A stretch of DNA of 63,110 bases, the filler included, from Octopus bimaculoides (lineage: Eukaryota), in assembly GCF_001194135.2 (NCBI RefSeq). It is 3 parts of 3 records of this genome, joined end to end, with 100 filler letters (N's around TTAATTAATTAA, not from the genome) between each part and the next. Parts side by side here need not be neighbours in the genome. Positions count along the whole stretch, not along the records: positions 36,106 to 63,110 come from NC_068983.1; 2 more parts are not named here. The stretch is one strand, 5' to 3'. Shown here in pieces: positions 40,556 to 52,394 of this stretch. Numbering within the stretch: position 1 is the first letter of the stretch; each line of letters starts with the position of its first letter. Position numbers and translations under genes: made by a program. A model generated the notes under the pieces. It saw only the letters and a program-made list of their open reading frames with translations, was not told the origin of the DNA and ran no database searches.

Positions 40556-41040
40556 CTAGGAATCCGAAGAAGTCTTTTTAAAATCACTTTTGAAACTACA
40601 TCAGCCCCCTTTCTTTACACATATTTTAAGACGATATTTTTCAGAAATACGTTTTCTAGAGTGTGGATTACATTTAATTGAAAAATCAAAGAAGTTTGAA
40701 AAGAATAATAAACGAATGCTGAAGTTATGAAAATTAGTGGTAACGATGTCTGGACAAAAAAACCATGTTAGTGTTTGTGTGAAACAAGTCAGTGTATTAA
40801 AACAAAATATCTTTTACATACTTGCTAAAATTACTGGATATATAGATCCCAGGATATATAAACCCCAAACTACAAAATAGTTTTGAAATGGCATCAAGTG
40901 TTTCCACTTTTCTTTAGCAATTTTTCGTGCCAAAATTTTGATCGGGTAATTAGTATGCTTTGATTTCTTGTGGAGAGAGAGTGAGTGAGTAAAGGCGTGT
41001 TTTGTCATTTATGTATTTTTTGGGGCCTGTACAATATATA

Positions 41041-41588
41041 CAGGATGTCTCAAAAAGATGTACTCACTCTTTGACAGACGATTACTAATGTATTGTTTTT
41101 TGTGATATACGGGCTTACTTCGATGCAACAAATCCAAACAAATGGATTGGGAGGAGAGGTAGCGTTGAATTTCCTGCACATTCCTCAGACCTCATGCCAA
41201 TGGATTTTTTTTTTATGGGGACATCTCAAAGATAAGGTTTACGCTGCAAAACCAGTGGCAATTGATGATTTGAAAAATGAAATTCGAATACAATGTCTTG
41301 CAATTCCAAATGAAATGTTTGGCAATGTTGTCGAATCCATTGTTGGACATTATCAGCTTTCTTTGGAAAATGAAGGAAGGCAGTTTGAACATTTGCGAAC
41401 CTGTAGGAATGAGAGAGAACATTAAATAATTCTAAATGACAATGAATAATTGTTTCTACAACAATTTATTTTCCTGAATTTAATTTAACTTTTTAGGATT
41501 GTATGTATATCAATAAACATCTACTTGAACACAAAATGCATGAGTACTGGGAAGTCAAAGAGTGAGTACATCTTTATGGGACACCCTG
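41041..41588 (+). mobile_element. Tc1/mariner (DD37D/maT-like) internally deleted DNA transposon
   Basis: 35-bp TIRs (41041-41075 and 41554-41588, 3 mismatches) flanked by TA on both sides. Internal translation ...DLMPMDFF(fs)LWGHLKDKVYAAKP...DDLKNEI...NEGRQFEHL is a transposase C-terminus. Confidence 0.92.
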
Positions 41589-42028
41589 TATNNNNNNNNN
41601 NNNNNNNNNNNNNNNNNNNNNNNNNNNNNNNNNNNNNNNNNNNNNNNNNNNNNNNNNNNNNNNNNNNNNNNNNNNNNNNNNNNNNNNNNNNNNNNNNNNN
41701 NNNNNNNNNNNNNNNNNNNNNNNNNNNNNNNNNNNNNNNNNNNNNNNNNNNNNNNNNNNNNNNNNNNNNNNNNNNNNNNNNNNNNNNNNNNNNNNNNNNN
41801 NNNNNNNNNNNNNNNNNNNNNNATATATATATATATATATATATATAATATTTATGCACATTTTCAAATAATTTCAGGCCTGTGGGTTCCAGTTTCCTAT
41901 CCCATTTCGAAGAAAAATAAGGGCTTTGCTGGCACATTAGGAGGTCAGGGTAGTTGATTACATGCGAGAAATCTGAGGTTTTTTTTTTTTTTTATGAACT
42001 GCGTGGAGGTGCACTTAGTTTGGTGGAC

Positions 42029-42240
42029 ATATACCCTTCAGCCTTCATCAGGTGTCTTTGGAAATTTTGAACTTGGGTTCTCATAATAATAATAATATAA
42101 AACAATACCTTAGGAATGAGAACCCAGGTTCAAAATTTCCCCAAGATGCCTGATGAAGGCTGGAGGGTATATCAGTCGAAACGTTTTCACAACAAACAAG
42201 ATGAGGACAAATATCTGTCAATAATAAATAATGTAAATAA
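42029..42240 (+). mobile_element. Penelope-like terminal fragment with inverted 5' duplication and hammerhead-like core
   Basis: About 56-bp inverted arms at 42029-42084 and 42116-42172. CTGATGA at 42150-42156, GGCTG/CAGTC stem, GAAAC from 42178. Confidence 0.7.
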
Positions 42241-42538
42241 TATAGAAATCATTGATGAAACTTTGTGCTGCATCTGAGAAAGTAACAGTTCATGATATAT
42301 ATGTGTTTCTGTATGTATGTGCTGTGTGTGTGTGTGTGTGTGTATGTATGTCTGTATGTATGTGTATATGTATGTATGTATGTATATATGTAAATGCACA
42401 AGCATATAAGTATGTATGAACATTTACGTAAGTGTAGATGTGTCTGCATGTATGTATATGTGTATGTACATGTAAATGTATGTTTATGTACTAATGTGTG
42501 TGTTCAAGTTGTATATATAACTGTTACTCCATCAAAGG

Positions 42539-42585
<47 letters not shown>

Positions 42586-43799
42586 CCAAGCACAGGATCT
42601 TTGATCATGTCAGTTGCTATGTAAGTACATCTACGTAAATTAAAAAAAAATTATTGCTATGAAATGTCATATTGTTTTAATTGAAATGAAAATAAAATTT
42701 CATATTGACACTGACCAGCCCTCACATACATATAATGTGTTTAATAACGTACATAGTGCAGACAGACACATGTACTATGGGTGGTGGTCAGAATTAAAAG
42801 TAAAGGTATAAAAATGAAACATATAATGTGTTTAATAACGTACCTAATGTGGAAAGACACACACACTGTAAGACATATACACACTCATACACTCATGCAT
42901 ATACATTCACAGACAGATACACAGTCATATACAAAATGTGACATGGTGGTGGTTAGAAGTAAAAGTAAAAGTATTAAAGTGAAACAATATATCACATAAC
43001 AATATAGATTTTATTCTTTCCCCTTTATTCTTCAAGTTTTGACACATAATACGGAACCAGTACCAATGTTGCATTGTTTTAGTCCAAAACAATTACATTG
43101 ATACTCCTGGGGTGTGATAGCATTACCATGTAAAACTTGATTTGGCTCAGCCATTTGAGAATGCATTGGGAGCAGAGAGACAGAGGTATAAAGTATGGAA
43201 GACCCTACATACAAAAAAAGCTATGTCCATTTAGGTCCATTTACGTGGGAGCCTCTGGGCAAAGTGTTTAGCGCATGACCATCCTTGGGACATAAGTAAT
43301 GTGTGTGTAAAGTTGAGAATTGTGGAAATGTATGCATTCAGTGTTCCTAGTCAATTTAATCACTATCATTGGTGGAAATAAATAGACAAAATTCTTTCAC
43401 TTTTATAAAAAGATTAAAAATGTATTGAAGACCCTACTGATTATAAAACAGCTGATTAATGCAAATGAATAGGAATCAACTATTGTTGGTCCCCCATTGC
43501 CCTAGAGGCCCCAATATTGATTTAAAAAAAAATCTAAGTACCCTATGTTTGGGTCTGGGATATGAAGCAGCTGTGTATCAAATTTTAAAGAAATCAGATG
43601 AAAGATGTAGAAGTTATTGAGGTACATTAAATTTGTGTACACGCACGCATGCACAGAGAGAGAGAGAGAAAAAACTTCAATCTTATATATATAGGATAAA
43701 AGAAGAAAAAGAAAATGGAGACTGGGAAGTTAATAATTGTCTATTATTAACAAATTAATCATTATCCCTCACAGCTGTTTCAATTAATACTCAGTATTA

Positions 43800-44170
43800 T
43801 TCATGAGGTTAACACAACCTCTAATTGAATATATATGGTGGAAGCGTTAGCTAAGAGAAATACCTTTATCACCATGGAAGACTACAAACCAAACTTTGCC
43901 TCTAACCACAAATACCATCTGATTAACCCAGCTAAATTGGAAATTAGGGTGGCAAGCAAACATATACTGAGAAAAATCAGTGATGACATAAGGAAGACAT
44001 CCAGTCTCTTCTTATGGCTTAGTACCAGTGAAGTTATTTCATGGTTTAAAGCTAACCAGCATAGGAGGCAGAGCAAGGTTGACCCAATTTGATATAGTGA
44101 ATTTTTATCCATTGTATTGAAAGGGTTGCTAGCTAAGGTGCTTATGTTTGCTAGGAACTTGACTGATGTC
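43800..44170 (+). mobile_element. Penelope-like element RT N-terminal fragment
   Basis: ORF 43835-44092 ...FITMEDYKPNFASNHKYHLINPAKLEI...LWLSTSEVISWFK, then QFDIVNFYP in another frame. Confidence 0.85.
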
Positions 44171-44299
44171 AACAAGGTTAACTATTTATCACTTAGGCTT
44201 AAGGATGTAACCATTTAGGGGTCATGTGCAACATTGCACTTCAAACACAAGCCTCATACAATCTACCCTTTAATTGGGAGAATCATTTTCCATCCTGTT

Positions 44300-44870
44300 T
44301 TTATTCTGGTTGTAATGCTCTCAATGCACAGCTGATTAGGTTACCTAGGTAACAGATCCTGTCAACTATTTCTATGAATCCTTCTGAGCATTGGAAATAA
44401 TTTATTTTACTGCTCTGATTACTAACTACAACTGTGCATCTTCTATATACAATGTCTCTTCTCTTGCAACCTGCCTGTGATCCCATTATACCTTTTGTGC
44501 ACCCGTTGTTCACATTGAATATATCATATGAAGTTCCTACCTACTCCTTTTCTGCATATCGAGCATAGCAATAGTAGGTTCTTATCTTAGTAGCAATAGT
44601 AGGCTCTTATCTTCTCTCCTATTTGCTGAAATTAGTCTGCTATATTTACTCTGAGGCCTTGTGCTTCTAGGTTTTGTTTCTGGAATTCCTTTTCTAAATC
44701 TTTCACTGACTTTACTATAGCTACTAAATCATCAGCACATAAGAGTTGCCATGGACAGTTAATCTTAAACTCTTCTGTTATGACTTGGATAACTATAATA
44801 AATAGGAATGTGCTGAGAAGTGAGCTTTGATGAACATGCACCTGCATTCTAAATTTCTTCTAAGCGAACT
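44300..44870 (-). mobile_element. RTE-clade LINE RT fragment, degenerate
   Basis: VHQSSLLSTFLFIIVIQVITEEFKINCPWQLLCADDL (YADD box), and downstream IEIVDRICYLGNLIS. Confidence 0.88.
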
Positions 44871-45199
44871 GATTACTAGGTTGTCTCATCAAGACTCATC
44901 TTATATATGTTATCATTATCATCATTTAACTCATGACAATAGTTATTTATCAGGCAACTAGGCCATACCAACATAAATTGTCACAGCTGTGGTCAATCCC
45001 CAGTGTGTGACAATGATTTTGGTGTATATTTACATCAAAGCTTTAAAGCAAGCACTGTTTATTTATGTAAACTGCCATTGTTTTGACACATTTTTCTTCT
45101 TTTCAGTTGGCAGAATTGTGTGTGTGTGTGTGTGTGGGGGAAATGTCCACGTTCCTTGATGATTCAGTGTGAGGAAGGACAAGCATATGGACACTCTTG

Positions 45200-45450
45200 T
45201 GATTGGTATGGTGGAAATGTGAAACTACTTTTATTTCTTTCACAAGCAACTGATGAAGTAATAGTCCATCTCCCACACTGCCAAGCATTTGCCATATCAA
45301 AAACGTATTTACTAGTGTCATGTCCACCACAGAGAAGAAAAGTTTCTTATACCATTTCATGAATTTGCATGCTAATTTGGGTGCTGACACCAGTTGAATG
45401 GAATGATTGACACTGTTCATCATGTGATTGTATGTCAACACCTCAGTTGG
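45200..45450 (-). mobile_element. piggyBac-like transposase fragment
   Basis: YNHMMNSVNHSIQLVS...KFMKWYKKLFFSVVDMTLVNTFLIW, equivalent to the YNxxMGGVDxxDQ...KWYKKLFFxxLD piggyBac motif. Confidence 0.8.
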
Positions 45451-45460
45451 TCTCATAACT

Positions 45461-45756
45461 CATTTGAGCGAGGTCGTTGCCAGTGCCGCTGGACTGGCTC
45501 CTGTGCAGGTGGCATGTAAAAAACATCATTTTGAGTGTGGCCGTTGGCAGTACCGTCTGACTGGCCCTTTTGCCGGTGGCACGTAAAAGCACCCACTACA
45601 CTCTCAGAGTGGTTGGTGTTAGGAAGGTCATCCAGCTGTAGAAACTCTACCAGATCAGGTTGGAGCCTGGTGCAGCCATCTGGTTCGCCAGTACTCAGTT
45701 AAATCGTCCAACCCATGCTAGCATGGAAAGCGGATATTAGATGATGATGATGATGA
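45461..45756 (+). mobile_element. RTE-type LINE 3' UTR (5'-truncated) with (GAT)n tail
   Basis: Homologous to 55075-55732: ggaagg.catccagctgtagaaac...catgctagcatggaaagcgg...gatgatgat. Confidence 0.85.
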
Positions 45757-46546
45757 TTTCCAGCCCCATGTTGTTTGCCAGTGTTAAACATATGCCTGTT
45801 GCTAAGGATGAGAGGTGGGATTTACTGGATGGCACCACACCCTCACTATTCAATGGTTCACCCTCAGATTTAGAAAATACAGTTTAGAAAAATCTTCCTG
45901 CAATATTGATTAGTGCCCACCAAGAACATTCTGAATCACCCCCAAGCACCAAAGTCTTGTTGTGAACCTGGTTGGACATGCCAGCAGGATGCCATGGACT
46001 GTTGCCTTACTGCCTCTTTTATGTAACCAATATTTGTCATTGCTAGTGAAATCAGAATAACCCAATCTACTGGGCAAATAATTACTCTCAGTCAACTATT
46101 GAGGACTAACCACTTGATGTTGAAGTGGAGGAGTTTGGTGTAGATGGATGTAACAACAAATAACCAGGACTGTAAATTTAATGAAACAGGTGTAGCTGGA
46201 AGTGGTAACGACTGTAAATTCCATGAAAGGCCAGAAGAATTAACTGAACGTGTACAAATTTGATAGGAAACTATAGTGGAAATGGTGGTTTAACTGCAGA
46301 AACTGCAGTTTTGTATTGTTATGGTGGTGAAGCTTTGAACTGAGTTGGAAATATTTGCATGAAGAATCTAACAAACCTATCAGATTCCTTGAAATTTGCA
46401 TGGTGACCTCTATTATCGACTCTGTGAGTGATAGTGGATATTTACTTCAACTGGCTCAGAAACTGGGGCCAATAAGGGCTGTGTATACTTACTACATCTG
46501 ATTTAAAGTAAGTACACAGCATGCATAAATTTGTCAACCGATGTCA

Positions 46547-46730
46547 TTGGGTTAATGTCCTCCTTCCATGCTAGCATGGGTTGGATGGTTTGACAGGAGC
46601 TGGCATATCAGAAGACTGCACCAGACTCTACTGTCTACTTTGGGATAGTTTCTATGGCTGGATGCCCTTCCTAATGCCAACCACTTTACAGAGTGTATTG
46701 AGTGCTTTTTACATGGCATCAGCAGCAGTA
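46547..46730 (-). mobile_element. RTE-type 3' end, antisense copy
   Basis: ttccatgctagcatgggttgg...ggctggatgcccttcctaatgccaaccac. Confidence 0.8.
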
Positions 46731-47329
46731 AAGTCATCGAGTAACTTTCAAGATAAGACTCAATGGAGTAGGAAGTAATGTTGAGGGAGGTGGCTTTGTG
46801 CAAGGTGATGAGTATGAACAAAGCTACTTAAGTTGGTGGGGGGGGGGGAGAGAGAATGAAGTGGAACCAAGGATTGGATAGGATGAGTAGGTAAGTAAGT
46901 TTGCAAGATTATGAAAGGAAAGTGGAAGATGGAGGGGAGGGGGAATGTATTTTTTCATAGCTCCCATGGTTACTGAGATAATCTACTATAATAATGCTGT
47001 TGTGTTTATGAATGAGAAAGGAAGGAGTGATAGATGAATAAGGAAGGATGGCATGATGTTATACTTGGTAGTGTACGCTGAAAAAATAAATCAAACAACG
47101 TTTCAACTTTGTGTGAGTATATGTGTGTGTATGTAAAAGTGTGTGTGTGTGGGGGTTATGTGAATGTGTGTGTGTGCACGCAATGGAAGTGGGATGGTTC
47201 AACTTTGTTCACTTAGTATTTGGGTTTATTTTTTGATTTGGTTGAAACTTGGTTGTTTTTTTTTTTTGTTGGTCAGTTACTTTTAGCGTTTTGACAGAAA
47301 AAAGTCATTCTAAAATTGTTTTTTTAACC

Positions 47330-48420
47330 TAAGTGTGCCCAAACAAGTTGAATGCTTACACAGAGCAGGTTTTACAGCCACATCATCCAAACTGACCGGG
47401 TGAAACCGGGCTTAGTTTAAATATAAAGAGCATAGCAATTCCACATCACTAGCCAAACATGTACACCATCTAATTAATCTAAATGATATAGATTATCCTG
47501 GGGTATAATAGATTCTGGCATCTCATATCAGGGCCAGCGCTCTACTTGTGAACTGTGCCTAAAAGAAGCCCTCAAAATTTTAGCACATAACTCACCACAC
47601 TTGCTTAACAAACACAACGAAGCCTTCACAACGTCTAAGCACAAATTCTTCTGCACTTTTAAATTCGTTCATAAATCCAAATTTAAACTTACCCCCACAC
47701 ATAACTCACATACATACCTCCATGATCATTAATACATACCCTTGTACATTGCTTCTATCAGCCTTAGTACCCTACAAGATAACTTTTAATTCTTTAATTT
47801 ATATTTAAACCTTAACCTATTAAATCCCCTAATATTTAGTTGTAACTCTTATTCCTAGATAATCTAACATTCAACTGGTCTTTCCATTCCTGACTACCTA
47901 CACACTCATACTCCCATAGCTAAAAATATTTCTATAGCCACTGACCTAAAAATGGATACAAACACCTACTACTAGATTTGCTCCCCAATCCTGCAAACTA
48001 GTAGAATAATACTGACACCTATTATTCTCTTTGAATCCCTTTCATTTTACATTTTTTTGTATTTTTTTTTATGCTATCTTCTTTTATCTCCTCCTCTCTC
48101 ATTATTTACTCTTATTTATTTATCTTCTTGCTTATTTTTGTACATTATATTTTTATATACCTTATTTTATCCTTCATACTAATCCTTGCTTTCCTACTCC
48201 ACTTCCTGTACCTCCTGCTTCCCTATCAATACCTTCCTCTCTTTCTATTTATATTTCTTTCTCTTTATCCCTTAATAGCTACCTCTGCTACCATTCTCTT
48301 ATGAAACTTTGATATGTTTGCATTTATCTCTGGATATTTACACTATTAAGGTTATAACCATACATGGATTTACTCAGGATTGCACCTAAAGACTTATGGA
48401 CTAACATCGAAATCGAACTA
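47330..48420 (+). mobile_element. Penelope-like element 3' part (GIY-YIG C-terminus and pyrimidine-rich tail)
   Basis: TCELCLKEALKI(fs)...HLLNKHNEAFTTSKHKF, equivalent to the CxLCLxE...LNKRxE...CxHK PLE motif. Confidence 0.7.
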
Positions 48421-48429
48421 AATCTGTAG

Positions 48430-48981
48430 ACTGGCACCCATGCTGACGTCTCTTTCATTGAACACTAAACTCGGCTTGCGAAGACCTGTTGGGGCAAGCG
48501 AAAGCGAAATCGTGATGGTACCTGTACCAGTGGAGCACTAAGAGCACTGTTCGAGTGTGTTCGTTGCCAGAGCACCAGCTGTCTGGCTTCCGTGTCGGTG
48601 GCATGTAAATAGCACCATTTGAGCGTGATCATTACCAACGTCGCCTTCTTAGCACTTGTGCCAGTGGCATGTGAAAAAACATTCGAGCGAGATCGTTGCC
48701 AGTACCGCTGGACTGGCTCCTGTGCAGGTGGCATGTAAAATACACCATTTCGAGCCTGGCCATTGCCAGTACCACCTGACTGGCCTTCGTGCCGGTGGCA
48801 CGTAAAAGCACCCACTACACTCTCAGAATGGTTGATGTTAGGAAGGGCATCCAGCTGTAGAAACTCTGCCAAATCAGATTGGAGCCTGGTGCAGCCATCT
48901 GATTCGCCAGTCCTCAGTCAAATAATCCAACCTATGCTAGCATGGAAAGCAGATGTTAACGATGATGATGATGATGATGAT
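48430..48981 (+). mobile_element. RTE-type 3' UTR with 3+ internal ~65-bp units and (GAT)n tail
   Basis: Homologous to 55075-55732 and 45461-45756. Confidence 0.88.
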
Positions 48982-49009
48982 CTACACTACTGGAAAGTTG
49001 AACTGTGAA

Positions 49010-49250
49010 CTTTTATGCCTCTTTTTTCTTCTTTTTCTTCAAGTCTTTTCTCCTGTTCTCCATGTCATTGTTTCATTAATCTATACCCTTCACATTTTCC
49101 CTATTTGTCTCTGATGACGGAATATCCCATACTTTGGAATATCCCAGAAACAGCTGTAAAACTTTGAATTTTTCCAAAAATAATAACATATATGACTTAA
49201 GATGTTTGTCTTGCCTTAACATTCGTTGTCCTCTTTAACAATTAGTTTAT
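49010..49250 (+). mobile_element. Penelope-like terminal fragment containing a minimal hammerhead-like motif
   Basis: TTGTCT-CTGATGA-C-stem-A-GAAA-CAGCTG-TA-AAAC at 49105-49162. Confidence 0.6.
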
Positions 49251-49287
49251 TTTTTGAAGTTTTAAAATGACTTTGTTTTATTTACAG

Positions 49288-49489
49288 ATGGCTTCAGAAT
49301 CAGAGAAAACCCCGGAGAATAGTAAATCAGAGAAAATACCTGAGAATAGTAAATCAGGTGATAAAACTGAAGATATAATACCAGAAAAACAAGCCTTAAA
49401 CCCTACCTCTGACGGTCAACATGCTATGGTTATGGAGAAAAGTGTTGGTTTATTCAGTGCTGTTGCACTGATTGTAGGAACAATGATTG
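49288..49489 (+). CDS. SLC7 (b(0,+)AT/SLC7A9-like) amino acid transporter, first visible coding exon
   Basis: Acceptor tttacAG at 49286-49287 is followed directly by ATG. Translates MASESEK...MEKSVGLFSAVALIVGTMIG, which is the TM1 of LAT/HAT light chains. Donor GTAGGT at 49490, phase 1. Confidence 0.9.
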
Positions 49490-49794
49490 GTAGGTAGTTT
49501 CAGGAGTCTTCCTTCTTTACACTTAAAAATATGCTTTATTTCAGAAATTACTAAATCTTGCTTTGGCTTGATTGAATCCATTATGTAAATTTATGATGTT
49601 ATATGGAACATTTGACTGTTCATTCAGTGAATACAGAAATATATGCATCTATTCTTTGTTCAATCTTAGAGTTCTCAACAAATTTAAATTAATTCTATTT
49701 AATGCAAAACCTCAGGGAAAGGAGTTTCAGATTAAACCAGTAATTACTAATTTATTAAGTATGTGTAAAAAAGCTGAAAAGTTTTTGTGGGTGG

Positions 49795-50455
49795 GGAGAT
49801 GAGTCACTGCTATTTCTAGATGGCAGGAATTTATATCCCCGCTAGAGATATAAGCAAGTGTGCATTTTGCACCAAAAACTTATATGAGAATTGAGTGTCC
49901 ATCACTGACAAGATCAAGGAAGGTTGAAATCACGTGATCTGGTGGTCTCAGTGCTGGAAGTGGCAGGGATTTATCTCTTTGTTAGAAATATAAGCAAGTG
50001 TGCATTTTGCACCAAATGCTTGTATGAGAGTTTCTCTCATAGTACCTACCACAGTATAGTTTATTCTAACAGTACATCCATGTCCAAGTGGGGATAAATA
50101 TTACCCTTCAGTATTAATACTTCCCCTGTCACTAATATATATTTTTTAACAAGTTCATTGGCTAATCGCAACATTAGTGCCTCTTCTGGCACTGTTTTTC
50201 TATATATCACTGGTGAGGAGATGAGTCTCTGCTATCTCTAGTGGTTGAGCATCCCTCATTGACAAGACCAAAGAAGGTCGAAATCACCTGATCTGGTGGT
50301 CTTGGCACAGGAGATAGCAGGGATTTATATCCCCGCTAGAGATATAAGAAAGTGTGCATTTTGTACTGAAAACTTATATGAGAATTACTCTCATAGTAAC
50401 TACCGCAGTATAGCTTGTACTAACATAACATCCACCTTCAAGTGGGAATAAATAA
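49795..50455. repeat. Imperfect direct repeats (LTR/pLTR-like) in intron 1
   Basis: Blocks 49795-50100 and 50215-50455 are homologous. ggcagg(g)atttatatccccgctagagatataag.aagtgtgcattttg occurs three times. Confidence 0.75.
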
Positions 50456-50886
50456 TTTAATGAATGTACTGGGTTGTTAGATAAATCCCTCCCCCACGTT
50501 TTTCATCAATAATTTTAAGAAAGCAGTCAATGATATATCAATAATATAGTCAATAATCCTTCGTTATATATGACTTCTTGCCAATGTTCCACTAGCTTGT
50601 CAGTGCCTTGACAGCAGAAATCACTAGGTCTTAATTTGAAGAATCCATCAAGCCACTTTTTCAGTTCCAACTTGTTGAATAAAACACCTCACTGACCACT
50701 GGAGAACAACTGATAAAAAGGCGATCATCTGAAAGTGCTTTTATCAGGAGAATTTGGTGGGTCAGGTAGAACTTACAAACCAACCTCTTGAATAGCATTT
50801 TGAGTAAAATTAAATATGTCAGGGCAAGCATTGTCATGTTGGGTGCTTTGTGGCATTTGTTCTGGCTCTTTGTGTTCTGAGTTCAA

Positions 50887-51562
50887 ATTACAAAATGGTA
50901 AGGAAACTTGGGAGGATGACTGTGTAATGAAAAGATTAGGTAATATGAGGTATTTAATTAAAGGACAATGTTCAGAACATAAGAGACACCTTAACCAGTC
51001 AAAGATGAGGCATACAGAAGAACGAAGGGTAATACCAATGGAAGTCTTCTATGATATATTTGAAGTGCCAGCACCAAGAGATACTGAACTCCTTAGAAGT
51101 AGCTTCAGAAAATGAAAACAAACTGAATATCTGGAGGTAATACCTAAACGGAAAAGATATTAAATTTAAAGAAAAAAAAAGTGTGTTAACAAGAGTGTTT
51201 AGTTCAACGAAAAGAAAAAGTGCTGTGTGCAACGAACACAATACTACCTTAAAAGTCGGGCAACAATTAAGATGCAACAACTAAAAAAAAAAAAAATGAG
51301 AGAGAGGTGTTGGAAATAGAAATAAAAGAAATTTACAGTAGTCAAAATTTCAAAAGGGGAGATATTGTGATGAGAGTTATGATGCCCCCTTGCGAGAGAG
51401 AGACTGGTCTGAGTGAAGTTCATGTTAGTTCACAGTGAAGTTGGAAGGTGTCAATTGGTTAGTTCACAAGGAATATTAATTATTGGTTTGTAAAGAGATT
51501 TATTAGTTCGTTAAATTTGTTAAACTGTTGTCCAGTTATCTGTAACAAATTATGTTACAACA
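50887..51562 (+). mobile_element. Gypsy-like LTR retrotransposon 3' relic (integrase-downstream ORF end, PPT, LTR)
   Basis: GKETWEDDCVMKRLGNMRYLIKG...HKRHLNQ...PMEVFYDIFEVP. Purine tract aaaaggggaga precedes TGTGA at 51366, ending ...GTTACAACA at 51562. Confidence 0.55.
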
Positions 51563-52207
51563 TTCTGAGAGAAAGGTCTTTAGGAACATCTATATAGCAG
51601 GACCTAGCTCTTGTTGAGCCTCTTGACTTAAATTCCAAATGTGGAAGTAAAGCATAGGGTTAAGAGACCTCAAAGTAACTCTTGGAGAGACAAATTTGAG
51701 AAGAAAGAAGACAGAACTCTACTGTCATTAGAGAAATGGCTGTGCTTGATACACTATAAAGAGACAAGTAATATTTCCATAGAGTGTACCTAACATAAAT
51801 TATCAGTGTGCAAGATGTCTGATAAGATCACAAGCCAGTTGAGAGAGGAAGTCCTAGTATATAGCAGAGGTTCAAGAGTAGTAATCACAAAGAGCATCAT
51901 CATCCATAAAATAAATTCATTGAAATGTTTGAAGTGCTACCAAGGGCATTTGATAAGCAGACTTGTTAGAGCATTGGACAAAATGCTTTGGCCCTTTATA
52001 TTCTATTTAAATCCCATCGATGTCAACTTTCTCTTTTCATCCTTCTAGGACAGATGAAGTAAATTACCATTTAAGTACTTGTGTGGATATAATTAACTGA
52101 TCTCTTCCTCCAAATTTTGGGCCTTAATCTTGTATCAGAAATTATTATATTCTTTTTATTTTCTGAAATAATCTGTTAATTTTATTATTAAATGTTTTTG
52201 ATTGTAG

Positions 52208-52309
52208 GTTCTGGTATTTTTATATCTCCTAAAGGAGTATTGATTGGAGGTGGCTCAGTGGCTCTGAGTCTGATAATTTGGTTTTTTTGTGGTCTCTTAG
52301 CTACTTTAG
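52208..52309 (+). CDS. SLC7A9-like transporter, coding exon 2
   Basis: Acceptor ttgtAG at 52206-52207. Translates (G)[33 protein letters not shown](G), completing the GSGIFxSPKG motif. Donor GTGAGT at 52310. 102 bp, phase 1-1. Confidence 0.95.
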
Positions 52310-52394
52310 GTGAGTTTTTTTTAATCACATATTTAAATTTTTTAAATCTCTTAAATATTATATATTTAAGTCTTCAAAAAATATTTTATTACTA

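Noticed and set aside
49267-49287. Upstream ATG of the supplied ORF 49267-49497 (MTLFYLQ)
   Set aside because: It lies in the polypyrimidine tract and acceptor (tttacAG), so it is intronic. The ORF's 3' end also reads through the donor at 49490.
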